Below are positions 18,529-27,219 of a stretch of 64,000 nucleotides of DNA, one piece after another. The notes beneath the pieces are model-generated. The model saw only the letters and a list, made by a program, of their open reading frames with translations. It did not search any database and was not told the DNA's origin. Origin of the DNA: a virus (Duplodnaviria > Caudoviricetes); IMG/VR virus record IMGVR_UViG_3300002220_003351, positions 8,923 through 72,922 of that record; one strand, given 5' to 3'. The translations under genes were made by a program, and so were the position numbers. Every line of letters starts with the position of its first letter. The stretch's first letter is position 1.

Positions 18529-20207
18529 AGTGGTAACACCTCCTGAGCCAACAATGGCTGCACCGCATCAATCCTGCGCTCAGACATGGAACAGTAATCC
18601 GGGTTCAGCTCAATCCCGATGTATTTCCTTCCCAACTTCTCCGCTACCACGCCCGTGGTCCCCGCCCCGGAGAATGGGTCAAGGATGGTATCCCCCGGCT
18701 TGCTCCCCGCCTTTATGCAGATTTCCGGTATCTCCGGTGGGAAAGTGGCAAAGTGATCGCAAGTAATGACTTGACAGGTGCATTTCGCTGTGGTAGAGAT
18801 GTCACATGGCAAATCCGAATCAACGATTAGGGAAGGTTGTTTCTTGTCAGGTATGTGGCAAGGAATTTTACCGGAAACTTTATCACATGAAGCTATCTGA
18901 GAAGTGCTTCTGTGGTTTTGCTTGCTATGCAAAATGGCAATCTCTGAACTGTCGGGGTTCAAACAATCCAAACTATCAGCCGGACGCATGGCGGGAATAC
19001 GACTGTTTTTGGTGTCAAAAGAAGTTTCGCCGACGGTTTCTTGACCATCAAAGGAATGTGTCTCGAACAGGCCGGGCGTTCTGCTCCCGTCTATGCTGGC
19101 AGGAATACGCCCATTATGCCCTTCAAAAGATTTCATATCATTGGAGTTCAAAGGCATGGAATCGCTCTCGTTTGAAGGTTCTGAAACGAGACAATTATCT
19201 TTGTCAGGATTGCGGATCAAATCAGGACTTGATTGCCCATCATCTAATCCCATTCGCAACTTTGCTCGGTTCTCCAGATGCCCATGAACTGGACAATCTT
19301 TTGACAGTTTGTAGGGCTTGCCATCGCCGCCGACATAATCAGACATCATCTTAGCCCCATTGAAGGGCTTTGTGGTTATCGTCCAGACGGAACGGCGGTT
19401 ACGGGTGTTGAGTGGTTCGGCCTGCATGCTCTGGCCGCCTGGAATTGATGATCGGTGGCGGCTTTCAATGTCTGATCGTAACTCTTTCCGGTCCGGCCCG
19501 ACGTTCGGATGGTTCAGGAGATTCTTCCCGTCGTCAAACTTCGATCCTTTCCGCGAATCAGCCCGCCGCGTGAACCCCTGCCCATAAGGTGACGCGATAC
19601 TCTCTGGGCTGTTGGGGATCCCATAAGCGGCCGGTTCCTTCACCGCCTCCGCATCGTAGTAATACCTTGCCGATTTCGTCAGCAGGAAAATGTATTCATG
19701 CGCCTTCGTGCATCTGTCCGTCACGCTCTCCGGCATGGGGTTCGGCTTCGCCCAAATGATGTCCTGCCTTAACCACCAACCGTCCGCTTGAAGGGCGAAG
19801 GCGACACGCCACGGGATGCCTACGAGGTCTTTGGGCTTGAGGTCACCGCAGTCTTTTTGTGAACCGTTGTTGCCGATGTCACGCTTTGCCTTGGCTGTTC
19901 CAGCCCATAGTCCAGACTTCTGTGGTGAATGCCGCTTGTATGGCTTGCCTCTGGCTGAACCAACTCCCAACGAGTACGAGTCCCCCAAATTCAGCCACAG
20001 CACCCCGTCATCCCGCAGCACCCGGCGAACCTCTCGGAACACCGCAACCAGATTCGCAACGTATTCCTCCGGCGTCTTCTCCAAACCCAACTGACCAGCA
20101 ACACCGTAATCCCGCAACCCCCAATACGGAGGCGAAGTCACGCAGCATTGAATCGTGTTCGCCCCCATACTTTTTAGCACCTCCTGACAATCCCCTGTAA
20201 TTATCAC
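18525..20207 (-). CDS. DNA N4-cytosine/N6-adenine methyltransferase (beta class) carrying a 199-codon in-frame insert
   Basis: VTSPPY (motif IV); IIWAKPNPMPES; KPFNGA[insert]HFATFPP; DPFSGAGTT (motif I); probable GTG start at 20207 overlapping the rfbF stop. Confidence 0.9.
   Translation of the reverse strand: MIITGDCQEVLKSMGANTIQCCVTSPPYWGLRDYGVAGQLGLEKTPEEYVANLVAVFREVRRVLRDDGVLWLNLGDSYSLGVGSARGKPYKRHSPQKSGLWAGTAKAKRDIGNNGSQKDCGDLKPKDLVGIPWRVAFALQADGWWLRQDIIWAKPNPMPESVTDRCTKAHEYIFLLTKSARYYYDAEAVKEPAAYGIPNSPESIASPYGQGFTRRADSRKGSKFDDGKNLLNHPNVGPDRKELRSDIESRHRSSIPGGQSMQAEPLNTRNRRSVWTITTKPFNGAKMMSDYVGGDGKPYKLSKDCPVHGHLENRAKLRMGLDDGQSSPDLIRNPDKDNCLVSEPSNESDSMPLNSNDMKSFEGHNGRIPASIDGSRTPGLFETHSFDGQETVGETSFDTKNSRIPAMRPADSLDCLNPDSSEIAILHSKQNHRSTSQIASCDKVSGKIPCHIPDKKQPSLIVDSDLPCDISTTAKCTCQVITCDHFATFPPEIPEICIKAGSKPGDTILDPFSGAGTTGVVAEKLGRKYIGIELNPDYCSMSERRIDAVQPLLAQEVLPL
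18771..18799 (+). promoter_or_regulatory. Putative sigma70-type promoter for the antisense HNH, probably giving a leaderless mRNA
   Basis: TTGACA 18771-18776, 17-bp spacer, TG-N-TAGAGA; ATG at 18806 lies 7 nt after the -10 with no Shine-Dalgarno. Confidence 0.5.
18806..19354 (+). CDS. HNH endonuclease with N-terminal CxxC zinc-finger repeats
   Basis: CQVCGKEF...CGFAC; VLKRDNYLCQDCG...AHHLIPF...DNLLTVCRACHRRRH. Confidence 0.9.
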   Translation: MANPNQRLGKVVSCQVCGKEFYRKLYHMKLSEKCFCGFACYAKWQSLNCRGSNNPNYQPDAWREYDCFWCQKKFRRRFLDHQRNVSRTGRAFCSRLCWQEYAHYALQKISYHWSSKAWNRSRLKVLKRDNYLCQDCGSNQDLIAHHLIPFATLLGSPDAHELDNLLTVCRACHRRRHNQTSS

Positions 20208-20977
20208 CACACCTTCCATGGGGCTTTTCCCTCCTTCCATAACGACTGCAATCCGTCCAGGTCCTTTAATGTGTCGAGGCATCCCCAAAAGCCCTTGTGC
20301 TCATAGACCATCAATTCCCCCTTGTTGGCGAGAAGCTCCATGGGGCCGACCTCAAGGTCGCACCACTCATCCTCGCAGAGGTAATCGAAGATCCCTTGGG
20401 TGAACACAAAGAACCCCCCGTTTATCAGATCCCCTCCGAGGGGCTTCTCGGAGAACGAGATCACCTTCCCCCCGTCCCGGTGGATCTCCCCGAACCTCGG
20501 GGCCGGATGGATCCCGGTGACCGTGGCGATCTTCTTGTGGGACAGGTGGAACTCAAGCAACTCCTTCAGGTTGATGTCGGAGATCCCGTCCCCGTAGGTG
20601 CAGAAGAAGTTATCGCCTGTGACGTGCTTCTGGACCCTCTTGAGCCTCCCCCCTTTGAGGGTGGCCTCCCCGGTGTCTATCATCGAGACCCTCCAGGGGT
20701 CTATGTTCGAGTCCAGATACTCCGTTATGGGGACGCTTCCAATATAGAACCTGATGACATCCCGGTTGATGTAATCGAAGTTGTTGAAGTAGCTCTTAAT
20801 GATCTCCTGCTTGTACCCGAGGGCCAGGACAAAGCTGTTGAACCCATAATGGGAGTAGATCTTCATGATGTGGTAGAGCATGGGCTTCCCCCCGATGGGG
20901 ATCATCGGTTTGGGGATAAATTCGCTCATTTCTCTCAATCGAGTTCCGCTTCCACCGCATAGTATGACTGTTTTCAT
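20204..20977 (-). CDS. rfbF: Glucose-1-phosphate cytidylyltransferase
   Basis: VILCGGSGTRLRE...PKPMIPIGGKP; LGYKQE; TYGDG; INGGFFV; GFWGCLDT. Confidence 0.92.
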   Translation of the reverse strand: MKTVILCGGSGTRLREMSEFIPKPMIPIGGKPMLYHIMKIYSHYGFNSFVLALGYKQEIIKSYFNNFDYINRDVIRFYIGSVPITEYLDSNIDPWRVSMIDTGEATLKGGRLKRVQKHVTGDNFFCTYGDGISDINLKELLEFHLSHKKIATVTGIHPAPRFGEIHRDGGKVISFSEKPLGGDLINGGFFVFTQGIFDYLCEDEWCDLEVGPMELLANKGELMVYEHKGFWGCLDTLKDLDGLQSLWKEGKAPWKVW

Positions 20978-21699
20978 TCAGTCCTCCTAATAAGCCACCC
21001 TCCCTCAGCAGAGGTCAAAAGGGCCTGGGCCTCGATCTCCTGGTCGGCCTCGAACCCCGGGTTACCACTTAGAAACTCCCTCACCGCCGTCATGGGGTTG
21101 TTCCCCGGCCCCCACGGCTTGTCCCCGCAGTCCACATTCATGGTCTCGATGGTGGTGTCGAACACCACGATATAGGACCCCGCCGGGACGAGCCTCGAAT
21201 AAAGGTTCAGCTCATTCAGCACATGCTCGTGCGTGTGGGAGGAGTCCAGAACCACGATCACCTTGTCTCCCCCCACAAGCGCCCTCACCTTTCCGTAAGT
21301 CTCCGGGGAGGTGCTGTCCCCCTCTATGAGATGGATCCTGTTCCAGAGGGGGCTTTCCATGAGGGCCTTGCGGTTGTGGTCCCTGATCTCGATGTCCACC
21401 CCTATAACCTGTCCCCACTCGATGCTCTCCATGACGGAGGCGTAGAACAGGAGGGATCCCCCGAATGCCACCCCGGTCTCGATGACGAAGTCCGGCTCGA
21501 TCCTGCAAATGAGTTCCTGCATGGCGAACATGTCTGTGGGGAGCTGGAGGATGGGCTGGCCCATCCAGGTCCAGTTCTTGACATACTCGGTTTCGATTAT
21601 AGCCTCGTAGAGCTTCTTTTTCCGATACTGGATGAACGTCGGAGAATCACCACTCAGCCTCTTTGTTCTTTCCTGGAGATACTCTTCTATCGGATTCAT
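20974..21699 (-). CDS. CmcI/cephalosporin-hydroxylase-family (rhamnosyl O-) methyltransferase
   Basis: WMGQPILQLPTD...IETGVAFGGSL; LDSSHTHEHV; YIVVFDT. Confidence 0.88.
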   Translation of the reverse strand: MNPIEEYLQERTKRLSGDSPTFIQYRKKKLYEAIIETEYVKNWTWMGQPILQLPTDMFAMQELICRIEPDFVIETGVAFGGSLLFYASVMESIEWGQVIGVDIEIRDHNRKALMESPLWNRIHLIEGDSTSPETYGKVRALVGGDKVIVVLDSSHTHEHVLNELNLYSRLVPAGSYIVVFDTTIETMNVDCGDKPWGPGNNPMTAVREFLSGNPGFEADQEIEAQALLTSAEGGWLIRRTE

Positions 21700-23152
21700 A
21701 CATTTTCCTTTCGCAAAGGGAGAGGTAGTCTTGAGCCCACTTGTGGCCCTGAGATCGCTTCAGGACCTCCTTAAAACACTTCGCCGCTGTTTCGTAATCC
21801 CCGATCTTCATCCGGTAGTTGTTGTGGAAATTGAGCTCGATGTTCATGTTGTAGATCTTGTCGAACACCTCCCCGGGGTCGATGCCGGGGACCTTGATGA
21901 AGTAGCTCTCCCTGTCCGAGTAGGACCCGATCACCCTTTCCCCAATACCTGTCTTCTCGATGTAGCCCTTGTCGATGCACTCGTCATAGAGGGGGCTCCC
22001 TCTGAAGGGGACGACGGGGTTGAAGAAGCACCAGTCGAACCCGACATCGTTGATGAACAGGGACGTTTCCCTCCGGTGGGCGTCTGTCTCCCCGGGCATC
22101 CCCATGACGAAGAACCCGATGACGAAGATCCCGTTGTTCCGGAGGGCCTCGACGGCTGGTTTCACGCAGGCGAGGTTTATGGGCTTCCTCATTAACTTGT
22201 GAAGGACGTAGTCGGACCCGTTCTCCACCGCCAGGTAAATGGTGTCCATCCCGGCCTGCTTCATGAGCCCAGCCATCTCCTCGTCGATAAAGGTCACCGA
22301 CAACCCGTTGGGGCACTCGATCCTAAGCTTGTAAGGGGCGAGTTTTCTAAAGAGTTCCTTGGCCCTCCCCATCCGTATTAAAAGCTGGTCGTCGTAAATT
22401 GTCAACGTATCCATCCCGTATTCTTTAACCATCCTGTCAACATGGGCGATGATCCTGTCCACGGAGGCGAACCTCATCTTCTGCCCGTGGATCTTTGCGT
22501 TAGCGCAGTAGGTGCACTCAAACGGACACCCCCTTGAGGTAACAAGGAAGAACTTGCTCCGGCGCTCGTCAGAGAACGGGGAGAAGGCCTCCTTCATCTT
22601 GTACCCATTGATGTCCACCAGCCCATAGTCCAGATCCACAACCTGGTCGAGGTCCTCAAGGTAGGAGATGGTTGGGGGATCGAGTTTGCCCTTTGTGACC
22701 CACGCAGGGTCCGAGAAGTTCCCGTGGGTGAGCAGGGACCTCATGGGAACCTCCCCCTCGGAGTAGCAGATCGCATCCAATAGGGGCTGGTCCTTCAGGA
22801 TCTCCTTATAGGAGTAGGAGGCGGCGGCCCCGCCAAGAATCCGGATCGCATTGGGATCGACGCTCCACGACAGATCCAGCAACTGGTTAAGGAGCGGGTA
22901 GGAGTTGTCGAACATCATCGTGAACCCGATAATGTCCGGGCGGTACTCCCGGATATAAAGCTCCAATGTAATATCGGGGCAGTCGCGGTAGAAATTCAGG
23001 TCCAGTATCCTGAAGTCCGCGAGCCCCTTGTTGTAGGTGGCGATACTCAAGGCCCCATACGGGAAGGCGGCGTAGCTGTGAACCCTCGTTTCCGTTGACG
23101 GCCTCTCCACCACATACGGGAGGACTACAAAAAGAACCTTCTTTTTGGCCAT
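21647..23152 (-). CDS. B12-binding radical SAM enzyme (class B methyltransferase-like)
   Basis: Cobalamin-binding N-domain; SRGCPFECTYC; YLAVENG; GMPGET. Confidence 0.9.
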   Translation of the reverse strand: MAKKKVLFVVLPYVVERPSTETRVHSYAAFPYGALSIATYNKGLADFRILDLNFYRDCPDITLELYIREYRPDIIGFTMMFDNSYPLLNQLLDLSWSVDPNAIRILGGAAASYSYKEILKDQPLLDAICYSEGEVPMRSLLTHGNFSDPAWVTKGKLDPPTISYLEDLDQVVDLDYGLVDINGYKMKEAFSPFSDERRSKFFLVTSRGCPFECTYCANAKIHGQKMRFASVDRIIAHVDRMVKEYGMDTLTIYDDQLLIRMGRAKELFRKLAPYKLRIECPNGLSVTFIDEEMAGLMKQAGMDTIYLAVENGSDYVLHKLMRKPINLACVKPAVEALRNNGIFVIGFFVMGMPGETDAHRRETSLFINDVGFDWCFFNPVVPFRGSPLYDECIDKGYIEKTGIGERVIGSYSDRESYFIKVPGIDPGEVFDKIYNMNIELNFHNNYRMKIGDYETAAKCFKEVLKRSQGHKWAQDYLSLCERKMYESDRRVSPGKNKEAEW

Positions 23153-24093
23153 CTCTCAAGGACCTCCTCTGCCCTCGAATCAAGATCGTCCTGCTGAAGG
23201 GTGATGACATCCGGGATCTTGCACCCGTTGCAGGCGTCGTAAAGTATCTGCCGGTTCCGCAGTTTCTTGAGCATCATCACGAGGAACTTATTCATCTCCT
23301 CGCTCTCCCACGCCTTCCTGATCGTGGTCTCCCTGACGTTCCCCAAATAAAGGGGGTCGTAATAGGAGCAGCAGGGCAAAATATCCCCCGAAGCCGTTAT
23401 GTTGAGGTTATAGAACGGGTGGGGGCAGACAAGGACAGGGGGGTGGGGTTGCCGGAACTTGTTCTCCTCGTTTTCCCCCTCCTCGAAAATCGGGCAGATC
23501 TTCTCGACGTACATCCTGTCGCTGATGTTCTTGAAGATGGAGTAGAACTTCTCCTCGTCCCCCCCGACGGTCTTGACGTAGACCTCGCACCCCCTCTTGT
23601 TCTTGTACAGATAGGAGATGTTGCTCACGAACTTCCTGAAGTCCAGACTGACCCCCGAGACCTTCTTGTAGCCCTCTGCATTAAGGGCTTGTACGGAGAT
23701 CTTGATGGCATCCACCCTCGCCCCCACAAGGAGGCCGGACACGAAAGGGCTCAAGAGGGAGCCGTTGGTCACCAGGGAAATCCTCTCGGCCACCTTCATC
23801 TTCTTCATGAAGGCGATCATCAGGGGGAGGTCCTTGTTCATGAGCGGCTCCCCCCACCCGGCTATGGTGATCTGCTTGATGGGGCTCGTGAAGTCCTGGA
23901 GCTGGTCGCAGATCATGAAAAAGGTGTCCCAGTCCATCATCGGCCCGATCTTGTGCTTGGACTTGATGCAGTACCCGCACCGGAAGTTGCAGACCTCGGA
24001 CGGGGTGATCTGGATGGCCAGCGGCTGCACCAATGGGACCGTGTCCGCGAGGATCGTCCTGTTGTCGTCGTAGCTCGGCTTGATTTCGGACAT
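23125..24093 (-). CDS. Radical SAM protein with SPASM/twitch domain
   Basis: CNFRCGYC; GWGEPL; TNGSLL; CPHPF...GDILPCC...CNGC. Confidence 0.9.
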   Translation of the reverse strand: MSEIKPSYDDNRTILADTVPLVQPLAIQITPSEVCNFRCGYCIKSKHKIGPMMDWDTFFMICDQLQDFTSPIKQITIAGWGEPLMNKDLPLMIAFMKKMKVAERISLVTNGSLLSPFVSGLLVGARVDAIKISVQALNAEGYKKVSGVSLDFRKFVSNISYLYKNKRGCEVYVKTVGGDEEKFYSIFKNISDRMYVEKICPIFEEGENEENKFRQPHPPVLVCPHPFYNLNITASGDILPCCSYYDPLYLGNVRETTIRKAWESEEMNKFLVMMLKKLRNRQILYDACNGCKIPDVITLQQDDLDSRAEEVLERWPKRRFFL

Positions 24094-24101
24094 CTCACCC
24101 C

Positions 24102-24332
24102 CTAATTAAAGTCGTACCCGGTTCCATTGCATCTCGGACATTTCTTCCCCTTCCGGATCTTCCAGAGGTGATCCATCCTCCTGATGAAGCACCTGGTCCA
24201 CTTCTGGGCGTACCTGTTTCTGTCGTCCTCTGAGCCGTCCCCGGAATAGACGGCCCCGTGGAGCTTGTTCGCGTACTTCTCGGCGGCGGGGATCAGCCTG
24301 TTCCTTTCGGTTTCGTATTCGAGGTTTGTCAT
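24102..24332 (-). CDS. Small protein with C-terminal CPRCNGTG zinc knuckle
   Basis: 76 aa; operon-like spacing. Confidence 0.6.
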   Translation of the reverse strand: MTNLEYETERNRLIPAAEKYANKLHGAVYSGDGSEDDRNRYAQKWTRCFIRRMDHLWKIRKGKKCPRCNGTGYDFN

Positions 24333-25330
24333 ATTGCGTCCCTCTCCTTCTTCGGGGAATCCATCATTTCCTCAAATGTGGTGCTCCAAGCCTGGATCAT
24401 GTAGTCCAACGAATAGAGCTTCGCCGCCCGCTCCCTCGCCCTTGCCCCCATTTTGAGCCTCACCTCCTTGTGGGCGGCAAGATACTGGACCCTGTGGACA
24501 TATTCCTTTTCGTTCCGGGCAATGAACCCGTCCCACCCATCGGAGACAATGTACCTTTCGGGCAAGTTGTCCATCACCACCGGGGGGATCCCCGCCGCCA
24601 TGGCCTCCCCCAGGACCTGTTCGCAGGTCCCGTAGTGGTCGTGCCTCAACGGGTACCCGAAGATATCCATGCCTTCAAGGTAGGGGGCGACATCATCCAC
24701 CTTCCCGGTAAAAGTGATGGACCCGTTGAAAAACGAATCCGGCTGGTTGGCGATATTGTTCTCCCCGACAACCGTAAAGTGGATATCGGGGACTGCCGAC
24801 GCGATCTCATGGACCATCGAGACAAATTCCCCATGGAGCTTTTTCCAGTCGACTGTACCCACATACCCCACATTGATCCCCTCATGGGGTTTGTTGACGA
24901 TCTTCAGGAACCTATCCACCCCTCCCGTGGACCAGATCATCTGGTATTTCCCCCCACCGACCACAGGTGAGGTCACCACGAAGCGATCGGCGTAAGACGG
25001 CTCACTACCCAGGGGGAAGTTTTTGTGAGCCCACAGGGCCAACCTGCTGGCCGGGAGGGGCCTCTTAAGGAAGGCTTGGAGCATCGGATGGTCCCATAAA
25101 TGGATTACCACGACATCCGACCCCTCGATGAGCTGGTCGACGGTGTCGAGGCTGCGGATCATCTCCCACCCCAGGCCGATCTTGTTCTTTACCAGAAAAG
25201 AGCCGACCTTCTCGTTCAGGGTGTCCAGGGAGAGCACCGTATGGGTGTTCCCCTTGTCTCCCCCGACCCACCCCATCACGACCGTCCCGACTCCTCCCCC
25301 GTAGTGGGGACTGATGTGAAGGACTTTCAT
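24329..25330 (-). CDS. Glycosyltransferase family 4 (GT-B fold)
   Basis: MKVLHISPHYGGGV; VGYVG; DIFGYP; EAMAAGIPPV; DGWDGF. Confidence 0.88.
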   Translation of the reverse strand: MKVLHISPHYGGGVGTVVMGWVGGDKGNTHTVLSLDTLNEKVGSFLVKNKIGLGWEMIRSLDTVDQLIEGSDVVVIHLWDHPMLQAFLKRPLPASRLALWAHKNFPLGSEPSYADRFVVTSPVVGGGKYQMIWSTGGVDRFLKIVNKPHEGINVGYVGTVDWKKLHGEFVSMVHEIASAVPDIHFTVVGENNIANQPDSFFNGSITFTGKVDDVAPYLEGMDIFGYPLRHDHYGTCEQVLGEAMAAGIPPVVMDNLPERYIVSDGWDGFIARNEKEYVHRVQYLAAHKEVRLKMGARARERAAKLYSLDYMIQAWSTTFEEMMDSPKKERDAI

Positions 25331-25530
25331 ATAATCCCCCTTTCCCTCTGGTGGACCCTCCGGGCCTTCTCCCGATCACCCTGATGGGGCTTGTACTTGT
25401 TCCGGCTCAAAGCCCTCAGTCCGGGCCTGTCCCTGAACAGACGACGATACCAGGGCAGTTTAAGTTCCTGCGTATTGCTGAATATCGTCGCCAACAACGC
25501 TCTTCCTAACGGAACCTGTTCCTGTTTCAT
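25327..25530 (-). CDS. Hypothetical basic small protein
   Basis: 67 aa; ATGA overlaps. Confidence 0.55.
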   Translation of the reverse strand: MKQEQVPLGRALLATIFSNTQELKLPWYRRLFRDRPGLRALSRNKYKPHQGDREKARRVHQRERGII

Positions 25531-26042
25531 AATTTTTCCTCCGGTATCCCTGTTATATAGGCCCCTTGACCCATAGGAATGTTTAGGACGGCCCCCTCCC
25601 CATAATACTTAATTGCAGCCCTGTCATAAGCGGCGGCGGCAGACAAAATATCCCGGTAGGAGCCGCAATGAATTTTTTGTTTTTGATACTTTATTTGCGC
25701 TTGAAATGTTTTGTCTCTTTTGTTGAAGAATACTCCCCTGAACCCGGATTTGTTGTGGCTTTGAAGTTTGCAATTATGCCCATTAAGAGAACGGGACGCC
25801 ACCCGGAGATTGCCCTTCCTATTGTCCAGGCCATTGCGGTTCTTGTGGTCTATAATCTTGCCGTCGCCTTTGGTTAATTTCATAATCTCCCTGTGCAATG
25901 ATGTTCTTGGCTCTCCTGCATATTCATGTCGAGCAGCATAAAAAATATCCTTTGGCCTGAACACATGCCATTTATACCTCGACAACCACTCATAGTCCTC
26001 CGCATCAACGACGGCCACCTTTCCTTGCGTCAGCGGTATCAC
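25527..26042 (-). CDS. HNH endonuclease with AP2 DNA-binding domain
   Basis: IPLTQGKVAVVD; LHREI...IDHKNRNGLDNRKGNLR; SGFRGV...AAAAYDRAA; probable GTG start at 26042. Confidence 0.88.
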   Translation of the reverse strand: MIPLTQGKVAVVDAEDYEWLSRYKWHVFRPKDIFYAARHEYAGEPRTSLHREIMKLTKGDGKIIDHKNRNGLDNRKGNLRVASRSLNGHNCKLQSHNKSGFRGVFFNKRDKTFQAQIKYQKQKIHCGSYRDILSAAAAYDRAAIKYYGEGAVLNIPMGQGAYITGIPEEKL

Positions 26043-26166
26043 TTTCGCGGCTCCGGTCCCAATAAGGGCTATGACATCGGGGGCAAACTCGGACATCTGG
26101 CTTTCGGGGATTCCATTCATAATCACACCTCCTACACTTTAATTGTTTCTTAATGACAACCTTCAT
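26005..26166 (-). CDS. Small zinc-ribbon protein
   Basis: GGAGG RBS; CRRCDYEWNPR...CPRCHSPYW. Confidence 0.7.
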   Translation of the reverse strand: MKVVIKKQLKCRRCDYEWNPRKPDVRVCPRCHSPYWDRSRESDTADARKGGRR

Positions 26167-26181
26167 GATCCCTCCTGTGTG

Positions 26182-26214
26182 ATTATGAATATATTGCTTG
26201 AAATCATTTGTCAA
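26182..26214 (-). promoter_or_regulatory. Putative internal sigma70 promoter
   Basis: TTGACA at 26214-26209 followed by AT-rich TATATTCATAAT upstream of the RBS. Confidence 0.55.
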
Positions 26215-26992
26215 GTTTTTCTTCAGGCGTCCCATAAAGATATGCGGATTGACCCATGTAAGCCGTGAGCCTGAATGACCATCTGTAATTCGGGAGATTG
26301 TCCATGAGGGTCTTCTGGATCTTCCAGAGCCCATCTCTACTGTGGTAGCAGGCGCATGCTATGACCGGGCGACACTTCTTGAACATCCCCATGTTTTGTT
26401 CGATTATCTCAAGCTCCTTGCCTTCCGCATGGATGTTGACTTCTTTTGAGTCCGGGTACATCTCGAATCGTTGCCTCGCCCTGATATCCGCGAGGGTCGA
26501 GGGTTGAGGGGGCGTTGCGAGCTCAACGGGAAATGAGTCCTGGTCGTCCCGCAACACCCTCCACCTAAGAAATTGTATGTAGCCGAGCCACGCATAAGGA
26601 CGGGAACTGTCAAGGAGGATGTTGGATACGTCCGCTATCCCGTTTTTGTCCTCGACGTCCAGTTTCCCAGCCAGCCACCCATTATGGAGCCCCGTCTTGT
26701 CGGCATAGAACTCAAGGATGTCCCACACGGGGACCACATCCGTCCAGCCCTGCTCCTTAAGCTGTTTCTCTATGGGGCCGTAGGGCTCGGAGGCCACACA
26801 GACGGCAACCAGGGAGTTTTCCGGAAGGTCCCATTTTTCGGAGATCCAGGAGCGGACGATCATTTCCTTTCTGTCCAATATCCCCCTGATGGGGATCCCC
26901 AGCTCCGTGAAGATCTCCTCTGCCAAGTGCCCCAATTTGCCATAGCCGTACAAAATTAAGGGCTTGTTGACTTCCCTCGGGCCTATTTCCAT
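26204..26992 (-). CDS. FkbM-like methyltransferase with an apparently deleted SAM-binding core
   Basis: N-terminal LILYGYGKLG; C-terminal IHAEGKELE...RPVIACACYH...LWKI...YLY resembles the FkbM C-half. Confidence 0.55.
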   Translation of the reverse strand: MEIGPREVNKPLILYGYGKLGHLAEEIFTELGIPIRGILDRKEMIVRSWISEKWDLPENSLVAVCVASEPYGPIEKQLKEQGWTDVVPVWDILEFYADKTGLHNGWLAGKLDVEDKNGIADVSNILLDSSRPYAWLGYIQFLRWRVLRDDQDSFPVELATPPQPSTLADIRARQRFEMYPDSKEVNIHAEGKELEIIEQNMGMFKKCRPVIACACYHSRDGLWKIQKTLMDNLPNYRWSFRLTAYMGQSAYLYGTPEEKLDK

Positions 26993-27219
26993 TGCTTCAC
27001 AATCCTTTCCCTGGCGGCGTCCTCGGAGATACTGAGCCAGTGGCAGATCATCGGGAACATCCCCCGTGGTTCCAGGATGAACCTTCGTGCGTCGTCCCGA
27101 TCCCTTGTGGGAAAGGGCTCTTTCGCGTCCTCGATCGCCTTCAGCATCACGGCTGCCCACAAGGCCCCTTCCCCTCCCCTGTCTACCGCTTTTGATTCCT
27201 TGTTCGCGAGTTTAAGCAT
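26983..27219 (-). CDS. Hypothetical protein
   Basis: 78 aa; LWAAVMLKAIED motif common in phage small proteins. Confidence 0.6.
   Translation of the reverse strand: MLKLANKESKAVDRGGEGALWAAVMLKAIEDAKEPFPTRDRDDARRFILEPRGMFPMICHWLSISEDAARERIVKQWK

Larger units (their letters stand above)
18756..19354 (+). mobile_element. Antisense HNH endonuclease cassette inserted in frame in the DNA methyltransferase gene
   Basis: Insert spans 18756-19352 between MTase NGA and HFATFP; the HNH stop codon (19352-19354) lies at the junction; AT-richer than flanks. Confidence 0.8.

Noticed and set aside
18756-19352. MTase insert as an intein or a group I/II intron
   Set aside because: No N-terminal Cys/Ser or C-terminal His-Asn splicing motifs, and the antisense HNH fills nearly the whole insert, leaving no ribozyme core
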